Assembly (NCBI GenBank): GCA_008632985.1
Contig: QPGO01000007.1
Span: forward strand, 496,001-560,000
DNA from: Psammoneis japonica
Lineage: Eukaryota
Direction of reading: 5' to 3'
DNA length: 64,000 nt
The position numbers and the translations under genes were made by a program. This document shows positions 10,890 to 24,129 of the stretch, piece by piece; position 1 is the first letter of the stretch; every line of letters begins with the position of its first letter. A model generated the notes under the pieces. It saw only the letters and a program-made list of their open reading frames with translations. It made no database searches and was not told where the DNA came from.

Positions 10890-13550
10890 CAAATTTTTTT
10901 TTCAGTCATCTCCCATCCATTGGTGTGACATCATGTGCAGAGTGTTCGATGTGCACAGCGCAGCCTGTTCTGCTGGGCAAAACCCCTCAAGTCCAAAACA
11001 AAGTGTCAAGTTGAGTCACAAGGAAGAAATCATGCACTTCATTTCTGCCACATTGTTGGTGCTGCATTTGTGACCCTGACTGTTGGCTCTTAACTTGTTC
11101 AGGAATGCATGCTGTGTCATCTTTGGCACCACCACCAAATGCACCACAAGAGCATTTCCTGCAGTTTTGGAGCTGTGAGTGGCAGTGCAACTGTGACTCC
11201 TCTTCTTTGCACTGTGCTTGCACTCTGCTTGTTCTTGTGTGGGTTCTGCAGCACAGCAGCTCTGTGACAACTGTTGCTGTCTCCATCTGGTCTGCTCAAA
11301 CCATCCACCTGTTGGGGGACACAACACAATTCAGGGCCCTGCCAGACACTGGACAAGAAGAATCTGAGTGAGCTGTGACTCTTTTCCAGGCAATGGCTGG
11401 TGTCTGATCATTTCAGGCTCAATGCAAATCATGACTTTGCTTCCTGAAGTGCATGAAAGAAAATAAAGTTGTGGTGAGACCACTTGACATTTGAGCATGA
11501 ATGATGCTTTTCAGTGAGATGCACATTGTCTCCAAAGTCAGCCATGGTTGCTGCTTTCTCCTTCTTTGGTTTCCACATGATGCACAAATCTGTCACAGGG
11601 CTTTCACCCACCATGGGGCCACAGCTTCCAAGCAAACCTTCTTTCCTCTGCCAATGCCTGCAAAGACCTTGATGGTGGGATGGTCTCCTTCTGGATTCAA
11701 AAAGACCGTGTCAGAGGCTTCATCTGGCATGAGAAAAATGGGGTCATTGTGAAGCTTTCCAAAAAGTTGAGGATGAACCTTGTTGACAATTGTGCAATTT
11801 TTTATGTGTGCAGCAATTGTGGATGTCATTGGCAAAAAACAACAACAGCATCAACAGCACCTGCAGAAGCAACAGCAGGAGTGACAGCATCAGGCATGTG
11901 CCAGGACCAAAATGCAGGTGTGTGGCATTTGAATTCATGACAGCATCTGTGGGAAGCAGCAGAGCATGGAAACAACAGTGTGAGTTTGCAGTGTCTTGTT
12001 TTGCATGAATGACACCCGCAAGAAATGGAGTGATGATGTTGCCTGTTGTGCCAGCATCAGTGTCAACAGTGTCAGCAGGGTTGGTGTTCTGCAAAGGCAC
12101 AGGTGGCGAAAAATCACAGTGCATCATCATGGCAGTTGAGTCACATTGATGTGTGCTTTTTTTGTGGTTGAGAGAAAGGGGAAAATTGTTCTCTGCCACC
12201 CTTGGTTTCAAGCAACTTGGGATTTTGGGGGTGCTGTGTGTGAGATGGGAGCTCTCACTTGATCACATGCACACAACATTTGCAACATTGTGGACATGTC
12301 CCACTCAATGCATGTGGTGATGTCATCACATGTGCCATGCACAGCCACATCCCATTGTGCCACTTGCAAAGGGGTGGACTCAACAGGCATGGGCAGTGTC
12401 CACACCCACATGTGCATCAAAATGACACCCAAATGAGTTCAACTGTCTGATTTGAATTTGCACTTTGAAGTTGTTCATCTGTGATGATCTTCAGTGCCAA
12501 CGCAGCAGACCCCCACTGAAAAAAAAGAAAGATGGAACTGCAGTCATTCTGTCAACAGCTGCAGTGTTTGGCTGGAGCACGCGGTTGCACCTCAAGCAAT
12601 GAACTGTCCTCTGTTCCCCAAATCTTGCAGACAAGTGCACAGCTTCCTCAGATCTGAGACATTGCAGGCACAGCTTTTCTCTTCACATCAGCCTGGCCAC
12701 AGCAATGACAGAAGCTTTGCAAAAAAAATCAAAAGAAAATGGAGCAGGTGTGCTGCAGGCCTGGGTGTCAAACCTGGCATGTGAGAATGAGAAGTTGTGT
12801 GGAGATGTCTGAGGTGGCATGGGGGGCGGGGGGGCATGTGTGGAGGAGCAGCAGACTGCACAGCATGGTTGTTGGTGTCAGATCCAGGGTTAGAGCAGGT
12901 GCAAGCCTGAGTGATGGATGCAGCACAGCAGGTGTGTGGTGCTGCAACAATGGCTTTGCTTGGCTTTGCAACAAATGATGGCGCACAAGAGCACACGGGG
13001 TGGCTCTCATTTTGAGTTGATTGAAATGATGAGTTGATGGCTGTGTGTCAAAATCTGACATTGCATTGTGGCCCTTCTTGCAGCATCACAAATCTGATGT
13101 TGCCCCATGATTGGTGCAGTGCCATGGCAAAACAGCAGCAAAAATCTGACACTGCATTGATGGCAAGCTTGTGCAGCTCAATGTGCTTGCTGTTGTGTCT
13201 CTGTTGACAAGAGATGACTCATTCACTGAGAGCAATGAGTGTGACTGTGTCTTGGTTTTGGGACAAGATCAGTGTTCTCTGAACTCAAATGTTCACTTGG
13301 CAAAAAAATGCACACGCCGTTCTTGTTGAAAGGCCAGGTGCGCAGACAGATCACAAGAAAGAGGAGCTCTTCTCAAGGCGCACGGAGCACTGAAGAATGA
13401 CGGGGTGCACGTCTTTTCCATCATTGGAGTCTTGGGCCTCATGCTTGTCCATCATGACAAGACACTCTAGACAAGTCCTTTGGATTTGAATGAAGATGGA
13501 AACCAAGCCTCAGTTTTGATGTCAGGCCCTGCAGCAGACGCCGGGTGCGA
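10890..13550. repeat. Heavily decayed repeat/TE-derived block, family not identifiable
   Basis: Nearly devoid of both TpA and CpG, strongly TG/CA-rich; only fragmentary ORFs; boundaries approximate. Confidence 0.55.
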
Positions 13551-13940
13551 GGACAGCACTTCCCATTTACCGGCACTAGAGACGGGAGACAGGCAAGTTC
13601 AAATTTTCATTCATTCAAAAAATAACCATCCATAAATAAAAGAAAGAATGAACATATGAATAGATTATTCTCATTTGAAACGATACAAGTTTCAACCTTA
13701 TTGTAAGAGGATAACATTCTACATGGCTTCAAAATATACATTGGAAGTTTTTCTTCACTTCTACTATGGTACAGCACGGTACAGTATGTACGTACTGTCC
13801 AGCTACAGTAGAGTATCGTACGAGTAATAAATTTCAAAATTTGAAAAATTTGTTCGAAATTGTTTCCATCAACCTCCACATTTCTCTTAAAGAGACTCGC
13901 AAGGGTTCTCGATATTACTTTTTTTAAAATCTTTATCATC

Positions 13941-15640
13941 ATGAAGTGGCTCCCTGTTGGATCTTGCGTCTTTGGTTTCATTGCAGTCGCTGCCGTTCTA
14001 TTCCTCGCATTTTATGACAAAAATGAAACGGGAGAGCAGGTACGCAAGGGTCGCAAACGCAGGATATGCCAAAAAAATTCAAGCGTCTAACGTCTAACTC
14101 CTTTCCCTCTACTGTACCGTATTCATCACCTAACTTTCCCTTCAACATAGAGCGAACAAGTAACCAAGGTTCAAGTAGCTCGCGGAAAGCACAATTTGTT
14201 TCGTGTGCGCGAGAAAAATACGAAAGACAAGGAGCTAGGAGAGAAAGCGCAAGAGGAAGCAGATGACATGCCATTGCCCGATGGTACAGCAGCAAAAATT
14301 GGTCCTGGAGTTCGTGAGTCGGTGCTTGATTCTACCAACCGGAACAGTATTACTTCCCGACAGGTCGTCGTTGCACTCCAAGCCCCCTCAAGTGGAAGCC
14401 TCGCTGAAAAGAAAGCGGAGATCAAACGCATGCAAAACAAGGTGCTTAAATCGCTGGGGGAAGGATTCACATTATTGTATGCATATTCGTGTGTCCCAGC
14501 AATTGCTGGCATCATACATTCCGAAGCAGCCGTTGATACGCTTGCCAGAAGTCATATTGTTAGAAGAGTTGACGTGGACATGGAAACATCCGGGAGCCTT
14601 ATTGACAGCGTGCCAGTCATTAATGCCGACAAACGACATGAGACTGGTAATCGTGGAAGCGGAACCACCATTGCGGTAATTGACTCTGGCATCGATACGG
14701 ATCATCCCAACTTTGCTGGTCGCCTTGTGCATGAAGCATGTTTTGACATTTTGGAAGAGGATCCCCGTTGTCCAAATGGTTTGATAGAGCAAGTCGGACC
14801 TGGTGCTGCAGAAGATGAAAACGGGCATGGCTCTCATGTAACAGTAAGTGATCACTACTTCTTATCAATCCTTATATGTCTGATTTCTCATGCTTTGTCT
14901 CTGTCGACTCTGTTCATCGAATCCAGGGCATTGCAGCTTCCAATGGGTCAGACGGAGGTGTTGGTGTTGCACCAGATGCTCAGATTGTTGCTCTTAAAGC
15001 CACCTTTGGCTCTACTGGCACCGGTACTGGTTCCGTTGCATCATTTATTGCTGCGTTGAACTATATCATGGACAATCCTCAACTGAACGTGAAGGTTATC
15101 AACATGAGCGTTAGTAGCGGTTTGTTTTCTGGTGTCTGTGATGACGCAGATGCCTTAAGAATGCTCGAAGCTGAAGCAATCAATGCTTTGTACGATGAAG
15201 GAATCATAACCGTTGCTTCAGCAGGAAATCAAAGAAGTTCTACGGAAATGTCAGCACCTGCGTGCCATGGTAACGTTATATCTGTCGCGGCGTCGGACAA
15301 CGATGATAATGCCGCAGACTTCACAAACAGCAACCAGTTCACCGACGTGTTTGCTCCGGGTGTCGGTATCGAATCTTCTGCACCAGGAAACTCACTAGCA
15401 AGGTTTAGCGGAACCAGCATGAGCTCTCCAATGGTAGCTGGCTGCGCTGTTCTATTAGCTGAGGCTGAGGAAGCCACTTCCCCACAAGAAATCAAGGAAA
15501 GGTTGACAAGTTCTTTTTCCACCGTGACGGTTCCAGCCAGTGGTCTAACTTTTCCCCGGCTCGACTGTGATATAATGATAGATCCTCCCCCAGAAACCCC
15601 CATGTCCTTCTCGTACCGGTATGACTGGCTTGAAATTTAA
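13941..15640 (+). CDS. Subtilisin-like serine protease (S8) with N-terminal hydrophobic anchor/signal; intron 14844-14926; apparent frameshifts in the 5' region
   Basis: Catalytic triad motifs VIDSGID, HGSHVT|GIAA (across the gtaagt..ccag intron) and GTSMSSP; oxyanion ASAGN; N-terminus MKWLPVGSCVFGFIAVAAVLFLAF in another frame. Confidence 0.85.
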
Positions 15641-16049
15641 GAAATTGTCTGTGGAAGAAGCGACCGAAATGATTCGAGATTTTGTGCCATCAAGCTTCAT
15701 AGCAATTTATGGAGCATCAGTGACAAGGATTCAGAGATGGCGCAACACCTTGATGCGCTGTTTTGTTGCGAGAGCAATGAAAGAACGCATGTTAGTTGTA
15801 ACATAGCTTTTGGCATTTTCAGTTTTTGCTAGAAACATCTGTGTTGCGCTACACAGAATTGGTTCTCTTAAAACCATTTGTTGTTTTCTTACTCGTCACT
15901 GAAATTTGCCATTCTCCCAAGGAGGAGATTTTGCAATGTGCGAAGTATAAAGAGGGTGCCCGCCGAAGGCGGCCCAGAAGAATAAAAGGAGAGGAAGAAA
16001 AGGGGAAGAGAGAGAGAAAAGAAACAGAAGGAGAAATGGAGAAAGGCTT

Positions 16050-19000
16050 CTGCTGGATTGTCAATTTGTGATTTTCAGGCTTCCAAGCAAAGTGGTCAAG
16101 CAAGATTTGTGTTGCAGCAGCTTGGTGTGTTCATGATTGGAGCACCTGTTGCTTGAAGGCATGGCAATGTGTCAGCAAATGACAAGCTGGGCATCATGCA
16201 TTTTGTGAGAGCTGCCCTGGGCAGTCATCCCCGGTTTGCAACTGTGTCATTTCCTGCCTCTGGCTGCAATCAGCATGTTTTTCTGCCATGCTCCTTGAGA
16301 AGCTTCTTGACATGTGATCATGGTCAAATCTTTCTGCCCAGGCCAAGCACACCTCCCACATTTCCATTGGACTTGCATGTTGACAGTCTCGTGCACTTGT
16401 GACATGTGGTCACAAAACTCACCATCTCTCAAGTTCTTTCCAAACACTTTTTGAACCTCAACTGCCAATCCAACAGCACTTTTGACTCCACAAGGTGTGT
16501 GTTTTGGAGTGCAGGAGCCATGTCCATCTTGCTCAACTTTTGATTCCATGCTTGTTGTCCATGACAAAAGTCAGAGGCAGGGGCGACATTTGTGTTGCTT
16601 CCCAAAGTGGCAACAGCAGCAGCAGGAGTCATGACAGCCATCGCAATGTTGGTGCTGGGTGTCAAAGCCATGCATCTCAAAGTAGCAATGGCAGCAGTGT
16701 GGGAGTCATGACAAGGCTGGGGCAGTGTTGGCACTCTGGGCATGAAAGCCATGACAGCAGCAATGAGAGCAGGGAAAACAGAAGCAGCAGGAGCATTGGT
16801 GGTGCCACAGCCATGGCAACATTGTTGCTCATCAGCTCCAAAAATGTGCATTCATTTGATGAGCCAACCACACCCACATCATGAGTGACAGCTCTTCTTC
16901 CACTTTTGCTTGTTCCTCATGAGTGCCACAACAGACCAGAGTGAACAGACATGAGTGCTTCACGCAAATGCCACTCAGTTGTGCAAGGGTTTGAAACTTT
17001 TAAGAGCTTCACAAGCTTCTTGTCTTTGTGACATTGAATTGTGTCACTTGGAGCCACAGCTTTTTGTTTGCAAAACCTTGTGACAACTGATTCATGTCTC
17101 ACACCAGATGCTTTGCATGTTTGTTGAAAGACTTGCCTTGCAATGTTGACCAAATTCTCACATTGTCTGAGTGCTCATCATCTGGATCAATCCCAAAGCA
17201 CAGCAACAGCAGCCTTTGCGAGTGTGTTTGTCATGTTGTCAGCCTCAGCCTCAGCTCCCCAGTGCTCTCCTTTCACCGGCTTTAGAGCACACAACCAGTG
17301 TTCATTCTCTTTGAAGGTTTCTTCAGCTCTGAGCTTTTCATCTGCTTTTTTCCATGTTGGCGCAGCATTTTTCAATTTCCTCTGCCATGGCACCTGCTTC
17401 TGGAACATGATTTGGAGTTTTGTCTTTGCATTTCTGGTGTTTCAGCTCAAGGGGGACCCCCCATTCCCTTGAACATTAAATGCCCTTGGTTGGACTCTTT
17501 CTGGAATGGCTCAAAGGCATGGATGCTGCTGGCTTCATCAAACTGAAGGCACTCCAACTTAAACAAGTTGGTGAGTGTGCAGTGCAGCTCATGGTCATGT
17601 CCATGAGCAGACTTGCAAACTTTCTTTTGTCTGTGCACATTGTCTTTTTGAAAGGCACCTCCTCCACACATGCCAGCACTGTGCAAACCAACAGGCTTTG
17701 CAGTCATTGCCCCCCCCCCCCCCACACACACACAGACAGCATGCACTGGAGTGTGCAAAATGAGGAACTCCTTCAATGTCAGTCTGCCCAAGTCATTCAC
17801 AACATTTGTGGAGAAAACAGCTGAGCTTTTGGGACAAGTCATCACTTTGCATCTGCACAAAAGCGCAGTTCAATGACATCACCACATCCACCAAAAACAA
17901 TCACTGAGGCATTGACTTTTTCTTCTGCATCTGGGTTGATCCCACCATTCTCTCAGCCAGATCAAATGTGGCATCCCACTTGATGCAAATCCCTGGTGAC
18001 TGGCTGAACAGACCCTGCTTGAGGCAAGGAAACATTGTGTTGAAGCAATGGTCAAAATGTTGTTTTTTGTTTCTTTTCATCTGGTTGTGAAAAGGTTTTG
18101 TTGCATCAAGCTACGATGAAATCAGAGCACTGTGCCCTGTCCGCATCTTCTTCACAAGAAAATTCATGCATGCCTTGATGGCTTTTGTTCTGTTCCATTC
18201 AAGAAATGCGGCATCTTTGAAGTCATGTCAACTTTCAAGATTTTGTTGCAAAGCTCCTTCATGACAAGCACTTCTCCATCCTTGCCATCTGCTGTGTCTG
18301 TTTCAACAAATTCAGAATGTCTTTCCTGCAGCTTCCATGGACTCCATGCCCAAGTTTCAGCCTCATGCACAGTGAAGGTGTGGGGAGTGGCAAGATCCAT
18401 GCCATCACCCACCACTGTCTTGGGATTTCCAGTGCAGGCAGGTGTTGTTGCTGCAATTTCCAATTGCAGACAAGACAGGCATGTTCTGCACTTGCATCCA
18501 GCCATGGTGCATGCAGAGTCCTTCTTGTGGCCAGTCTTGTCATCATGCAACCATCATTTGTTGACAATGCAATTGAGTTGTTGACAGTGTGTTGATGGCC
18601 TTAGAGAAGCACTCAACATCTTGTGTTTCAGGATGAGAGTCAGGCCAGCTCACAAAATTCCCTGAGCCCACCCTCTGTGTCAATTGCGCATGGCCATTTC
18701 TGCTTGCTGTCTTCCACAGAATTGATTTGTGCTCCCTGTTTTTTGCAAAGCTGAAGGCTTTTTATTTTGTCAATTTGAGTGACAAAAATTGGCCCAGGCA
18801 GCAGCACATTCTCCAATGTTTGCAGAATGCACCCCAGGGCAAACAAGAGCCAGTGTGATTTGAGCACATGAACAAGTTCACACAACCACAAAACATGGCC
18901 TCTTTGGCCTTTCTGTTGACAGTCATTGGCACACTCACAACCTGACTTTTTGCTGCAGAACTTGCACCTGGAATTCTGTGGGCCCATTGTCACACAGATT

Positions 19001-20560
19001 CCCACCTGCATCTGAAAAAGTTGCCAGGAAAGAAGATGGGTTCAGCAAGGGTGCTGATGACACCCAGAATGAAAAAGGGCACAAGTTGTCTGTGGTGGTG
19101 CCAATGGAAGGCACCAAAGACTGTGGCATGTCTTGAAGAACCAACATTGGCAGTTCCCATTGGGCTGAGCAAGAAGAAGCAGATTGGATGATGAAGTCAA
19201 AATGCAATGAGGTTGGGCATGATGTGAGAAAAGATTGCCCTGACAATGACCACTCATTGACAGAGTCAGATGGTGTGGGCCATCAGAACCATCAGAGCAG
19301 TCAACATGGTGTTGGGTGGCATGGACTTCAAGTGTCATCCTCCTGTGCTTGATGTGCATGAGGCCAATCAATTGACAGCTTGTGTGAAGGAGTGGCTGTG
19401 TTTGAACATTGAGGTTGGAGGCATTTTTCCAGGACAGACAGAGACAAAGTTGCAGGATTGTGGACAACATGGCAAGTTTGCACTCACAACTCAGGTTGAG
19501 TTGCAGGTCCTCTTGTGCTCTCTTTTGAGCTTCTGACCTGGTTGACATGGTGACAGTGGCTGACAGGAACAGCAATGTGTTTGCAAGCCACACCGCGGTG
19601 AGCTCAGAGATGCTGGCAAGACCAGACATGTGCTCATCAGCAAGAAGCTTTGAAGCTTCAACAGCTCAGGTCTCCTTTCCCTGGTGAGTGTGAATGCAGC
19701 ATGACATCACAGTGGCATGTTCCTGGCAACTCTGGCAAAATTGACTTGGGTTGAGTTGCGGGTCTTGTGCTCACTTTTTGGCTTCTGCACCCGGTTGACA
19801 TGATGGCAACAGCAGTGGACAGCAACAGCAATGGTGTGTTTGAAAGCCATGTGGTGAGTTCAGAGATGGCAAGACCAAATGTGTGCCAGTCAACAAGCCG
19901 CAAAGCTCCAACAGCTTGGGTCGCCTTTGCCTGGTGCGTGTGAGTGCATCATGATCTCACGGCGGCATGTTCCTGGCTGGCAAGATTTTTTGTCAGTGTG
20001 TCAGCATGGTGACACTGGCCATTGCACTGTCTTGGTCTGTTCATGGCGCAGGAAGGAGCCAACCTGTCTGACATTGGCAGGAGTGCAACAAGCAGAAGAG
20101 CCAACCATGTGTTCTCAAGTGGTGGTTGCCCACCGCGTTCTGTCAATTTCTGGCTGATTTCCACTGCACTGTTCCCCAGCCTCCTGGAGATCTCCCAAAA
20201 ACTGCTCAGCTCAACTTGAGTTTTTGTTGGAACTGGGAACACCCACAGGGCATTCTTGATGGACACCATCAGAGAAGGTTGCGTGGCGTGGTTCGTGCAG
20301 TGGTCTGCCGGCACACATGCATTGAATCCCACATGACCCACTCAACTCAACAGTTTTGGCAGAATTGGCCAGACTTTGACCCCCCAGCCAGAGCCACAAA
20401 ATGCGCAAGATGTGAGCATTGTCTGTCTTCCACCCTTTAAAACAACATCTGGCAAGAATGGAGTGGGGCAGTGTGCATTGTTCATGGTGTCGGGCATTTG
20501 AAAATGGAGCTGATGTTTCGCGGAGCACCTTCATCACACGTGAAAGCATGAGGGACGATT
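16050..20560. repeat. Heavily decayed repeat/TE block, including a ~260-bp degenerate tandem duplication around 19480-19980
   Basis: TpA and CpG nearly absent; repeated segment gctcagagatg..gcaagacca..aacagct..ggtc.cctt..cctggtg.gtgtga.tgca.catga at ~19600 and ~19860. Confidence 0.55.
20010..20195 (-). pseudogene. Hypermutated paralogue of the 5' end of the Cys-loop channel locus (matches ~7530-7715)
   Basis: ggtctatccatagcacgggaaggagctaag (7558) vs ggtctgttcatggcgcaggaaggagccaac (~20034); shared tttctggctgatttc and gcctcctgga. Confidence 0.7.
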
Positions 20561-20851
20561 TTTAGTCACAGCTCTGTGCCTAACGCAACCCTCTGCTTCC
20601 GACCCATTTTGGTAAAAAGTAAAAAATGGGGGTTTGTGATTACACGTGGAAGCATGGCGTTGGGACCCATAGCAGATCGCAGAACGGCAAAATGAACTAA
20701 ACGGAACCATCAACAGACCTCCACTACCGGTATGAGCATACGCATCCGGTGATAGCTGGCGTGTGGCGTGCATGCTACTGTAGTCTACAACTTAACTTGT
20801 ATGCTCGTTTCAAATCAGAGTCGAGTTTCCCTGTCAGTGGTTTCACGTTAA

Positions 20852-21661
20852 ATGCCAGGAAACAACAACGTGTTTGTACCAAAACGTCGTCGTCGTTATT
20901 GTCTTCTTTTTGATTGGTTGATTCGTCATGTTTCTCGCTCGCTTTTGGGACTCGCTACTCGCTCCACTCGTCCACGACGAATTATTTTGTTACGACACGG
21001 TGAAAGCGAAGGCAACGTGAATGAAAATACATATGCAACAATGCCGGATTGGAAGATTCCTCTAACAGACAAGGGCAGGCAACAATCCAAGGCGGCCGGC
21101 AAGGCGCTGGCGGAATTGACGGCAGGACAATCCGTTGTAACATATGTCAGTCCGTATACAAGAACGATGCAAACGTGGGAAATTATGCGGAGTGAATTGG
21201 AAGCATCCGACAAGAATGTTATTCTAGTGGGCACGAGACAAGAGCCTCGAATTGCAGAGCAGCAGTTTGGGAATTTTCAGGTGTGTGCTCTTTGAGAATG
21301 GTGGTGCTTGTGCGCGGACCTTGCAATCGAAGCGGCTGTTATACCAAAGGCATTGTCATTTACGTTGTGCTTGGAAGTCTTTTCTTTTACACTTCTGTCT
21401 AATAATACACCTTGACTTTCGTGCGCAGAACCCGAATGCTGTTCGTGATGCCAAGGAGGAGCGTGTCGCATTCGGGCGTTTCTTCTTTCGCTTTCCAGAC
21501 GGAGAAGCAGGTACTGCATATTGAATATGTCTTGGTACCCTTGGACAAATACTTTTATGACATCGACCGCTGAAACTCACAGCTTTTCACTTTTTTCGTG
21601 CAGGCTTTGACGTTTATAACCGAGCAACTTCCTTCTTGGCAACATTGTCTCGAGACCTACG
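20852..21661 (+). CDS. Histidine phosphatase / phosphoglycerate mutase-like protein, apparently 3'-truncated; introns ~21281-21428 and ~21511-21603
   Basis: RIILLRHGESEGN, YVSPYTRTMQT, EPRIAEQQFGNFQ, FGRFFFRFPDGEA, DVYNRATSFL. The expected second-half 'VTHG' motif is not found after the A22 tract. Confidence 0.8.
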
Positions 21662-22460
21662 AAAAAAAAAAAAAAAAAAAAAACCAGTTATCGATACGAG
21701 ACCTACGCGCAGTTGGTCTGGGATCGAACCTAACGTGGTAATGGGCATCCTAATGGCATCAGACAGATGAGTGCCGCTGTCACTTCAACGGCGTTGTATA
21801 GCCAACTCGGTACTTCGTATTTGCTTTTCAGGCCCGCAAAAAAAAAAGCGGGCTATCCCTCAATGCCAGACTTGTTTTCACCCAGCAAGACAAATTCAGG
21901 TGTCGGCCTATGCTATGGCAGCACTTTCGAAAATTTTTTGGCTCCTGTTTCTCGGATATGATTGGTGAGGCAGAGGTCCAGCTTCCTCAACGTACAGTTG
22001 ATTTCAAGATTTCGCCAATGTACTTTGATCCCTTGTCGCCAATTGGTTTCGAAATAGGTAAAGGTCCGAAATGGACGTGTTGCCTTTCAACGTTTCACAA
22101 GGTCTTTCACTCTAGCTAGACTGATCAAATTGAGAGTCAAATTCGATTTCCCAGGTGAGTCACTTTAGGTTAACAGTACTCTTACTCCCAACTTGCATTA
22201 TGTGCCATTGTAGCCCTGTTCCTGCTCTTGTGACAAAAAAAGTATGGAGTAAAACGAACGTGAACCTCACGCGTTTTTGCAGTTCGGATTTCGCTTATAC
22301 TTCGGACAGTCTCGAAAGCTATCTCAAAATATTGTCGTGCCCTTTTGTTCTCCCGTACTGTACCAAGAAGTAGCTACTCCGCAAACCAAAAACATACCAT
22401 TGTTATTATTAAAGTCGTACAAAGGGCTACGCTCCTCTATGAAACAGCAGAGACAGCACG

Positions 22461-22990
22461 TTACGAAGTGGAAAGGGCCAATAGAAGGTTGGAAAGCGCT
22501 TCTACGTCTTGTTTCCTCTTGCGTTCTTGCATGATTCGCCGAATGCGGGAAGTGTTTCTGTTAATGGGCTTGTAATAGTATTTCCTGAGCCACTCTCTGG
22601 TGCAAACCATGATCTTGGCTACTTCTGTTTGCTTCCCGGCAATGAGAGCCGATGAGTCTACCGCTATTAAAGTAGAGACTTGTTCAATATCATAGAACTT
22701 GTTCATGCTTCCTTTCAAGAGATGGTGACCATCTTCTACTGGAAAATGGTTTTTCCAATGAGGGCATCATCGTCAAAGTCAGCAAAAGCGAGTTCAAAGA
22801 TTGCGTCTTGACGCTTGTGTGAAAGGCGGTGCGCTCCAGAATAATTCACCAAATCATCTTGAATAATGTCGATTCCGCACCCCTTTACGCCACAATTGAG
22901 AAAGTACGACAACTTACAGACGTCGTTCTCGGGAACTGTAGTGGCTGATCCAGTTGCTTTGAGCTTGTGATTTTGACTGAGAGCAAGCAT
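22461..22990 (-). CDS. Uncharacterised protein (~175 aa) with a 1-bp frameshift near 22740
   Basis: ORFs 22736-23083 and 22461-22718 join if one C is restored (IF|PVEDGHHL). The in-window paralogue at 24.1-24.8 kb reads TIFPVEGGAHL at this spot. Confidence 0.6.
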
Positions 22991-24129
22991 GGTAAAGTAG
23001 GAAGGAATTGCTGTTACGGTTAAGGTGGTTTTTAGGATTTTGTTTTGAAAATGTTGTGAGAAAAGCAGGAAGAAATTTTTCATTCGCGGGTTCCCATTCG
23101 TGCATCGAGTCGTCCAGTCGTGACCTCAAAATGAAATTCGAGAGCAAAACGGGAATCACATCAAGACTGGCAGGAGTCGTCCAAACGAGCAAGCCTGCTT
23201 TCTCGACTGCCGAGACGATTCTTCAGTTTGACACGAAACGTGAATTCACGAACAAACCCAAAAGCAAAACTCCTGCGGTAAACCTTGGAATCGCCCTCTC
23301 CAACCATGCCTCTGTGCACATGTCCAAAATCCAACGAAACCCCGGCCTTTCCTCCACACCGCCTCGACCGTCTCTGTCCACACCCCAGGTGCTCCCTTTT
23401 TCACCGCCTTCCTCCCGTCTCGCTTCCCACCCTTCTAACCACCTCACACACAACTCTGCAATTCCTTGAATTCCTGGCTCCTGCTTAAGGTGTCATGCAA
23501 AGACTTGTGTGCTGTTGCTCGTGGGCCGCAGAAGCAGCACCAATTCTGCGACAAGTGGAGTGAGTGGGGAGCAAAAATTTCAAGCGGCGTCATTTCATCA
23601 ACATGTGGAGCATCACAAAGAAAGAGTGTCAAAGTGTCTCAAGCACACATGGGCAAGAAGGTTGGGGGGAGGGGTCAAACTGCGCCTCACACCAATGTGT
23701 TGAAGATGTCATCAGATTTCCTCCAAATCACAAAACAGAAGGTGTCAGATTTTAAATTGTGACATCTGTCTGCAGACACAATGGTGTGAGATGCAGCTTG
23801 ACTGTGACACTCAATGTCTGCTCTTGATGATCTTTCCATGCATGCATGGTTTGTTGGTCTTGCAAAGAACATCATCATAACTCAGCTCCTTCTCAAAGTT
23901 GTGCATCTTGTCGAGTCCTGGGAAAATCTTTTCAGAATTTCTGCAGGATTCACTGTGCCATGAACAGAAATTTCACCGCCGGTTTTGGTCACGGATGAGT
24001 GCAATGATTTTGCACTTTTTTCTGCACAACATCTGGCAAAAAATTTGCACAGCACTGCATGAATCCTCTGCAGAAAGATCCGCTGTTTTTGGCTGCCACC
24101 TTAAAAACTTGCAGCAGGGCAGCCACAAT

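Noticed and set aside
13530..13580. Helitron-like 3' end (gccggg...ccggcactag) at a domain border
   Set aside because: Hairpin is weak, CTAG is followed by A rather than T, and no Rep/helicase or 5' TC end could be identified.
10890..20560. Classical fungal RIP or CpG deamination alone
   Set aside because: RIP enriches TpA, and CpG decay cannot turn TAY codons into TGY/CAY. CpG decay is present but is a separate, slower layer.
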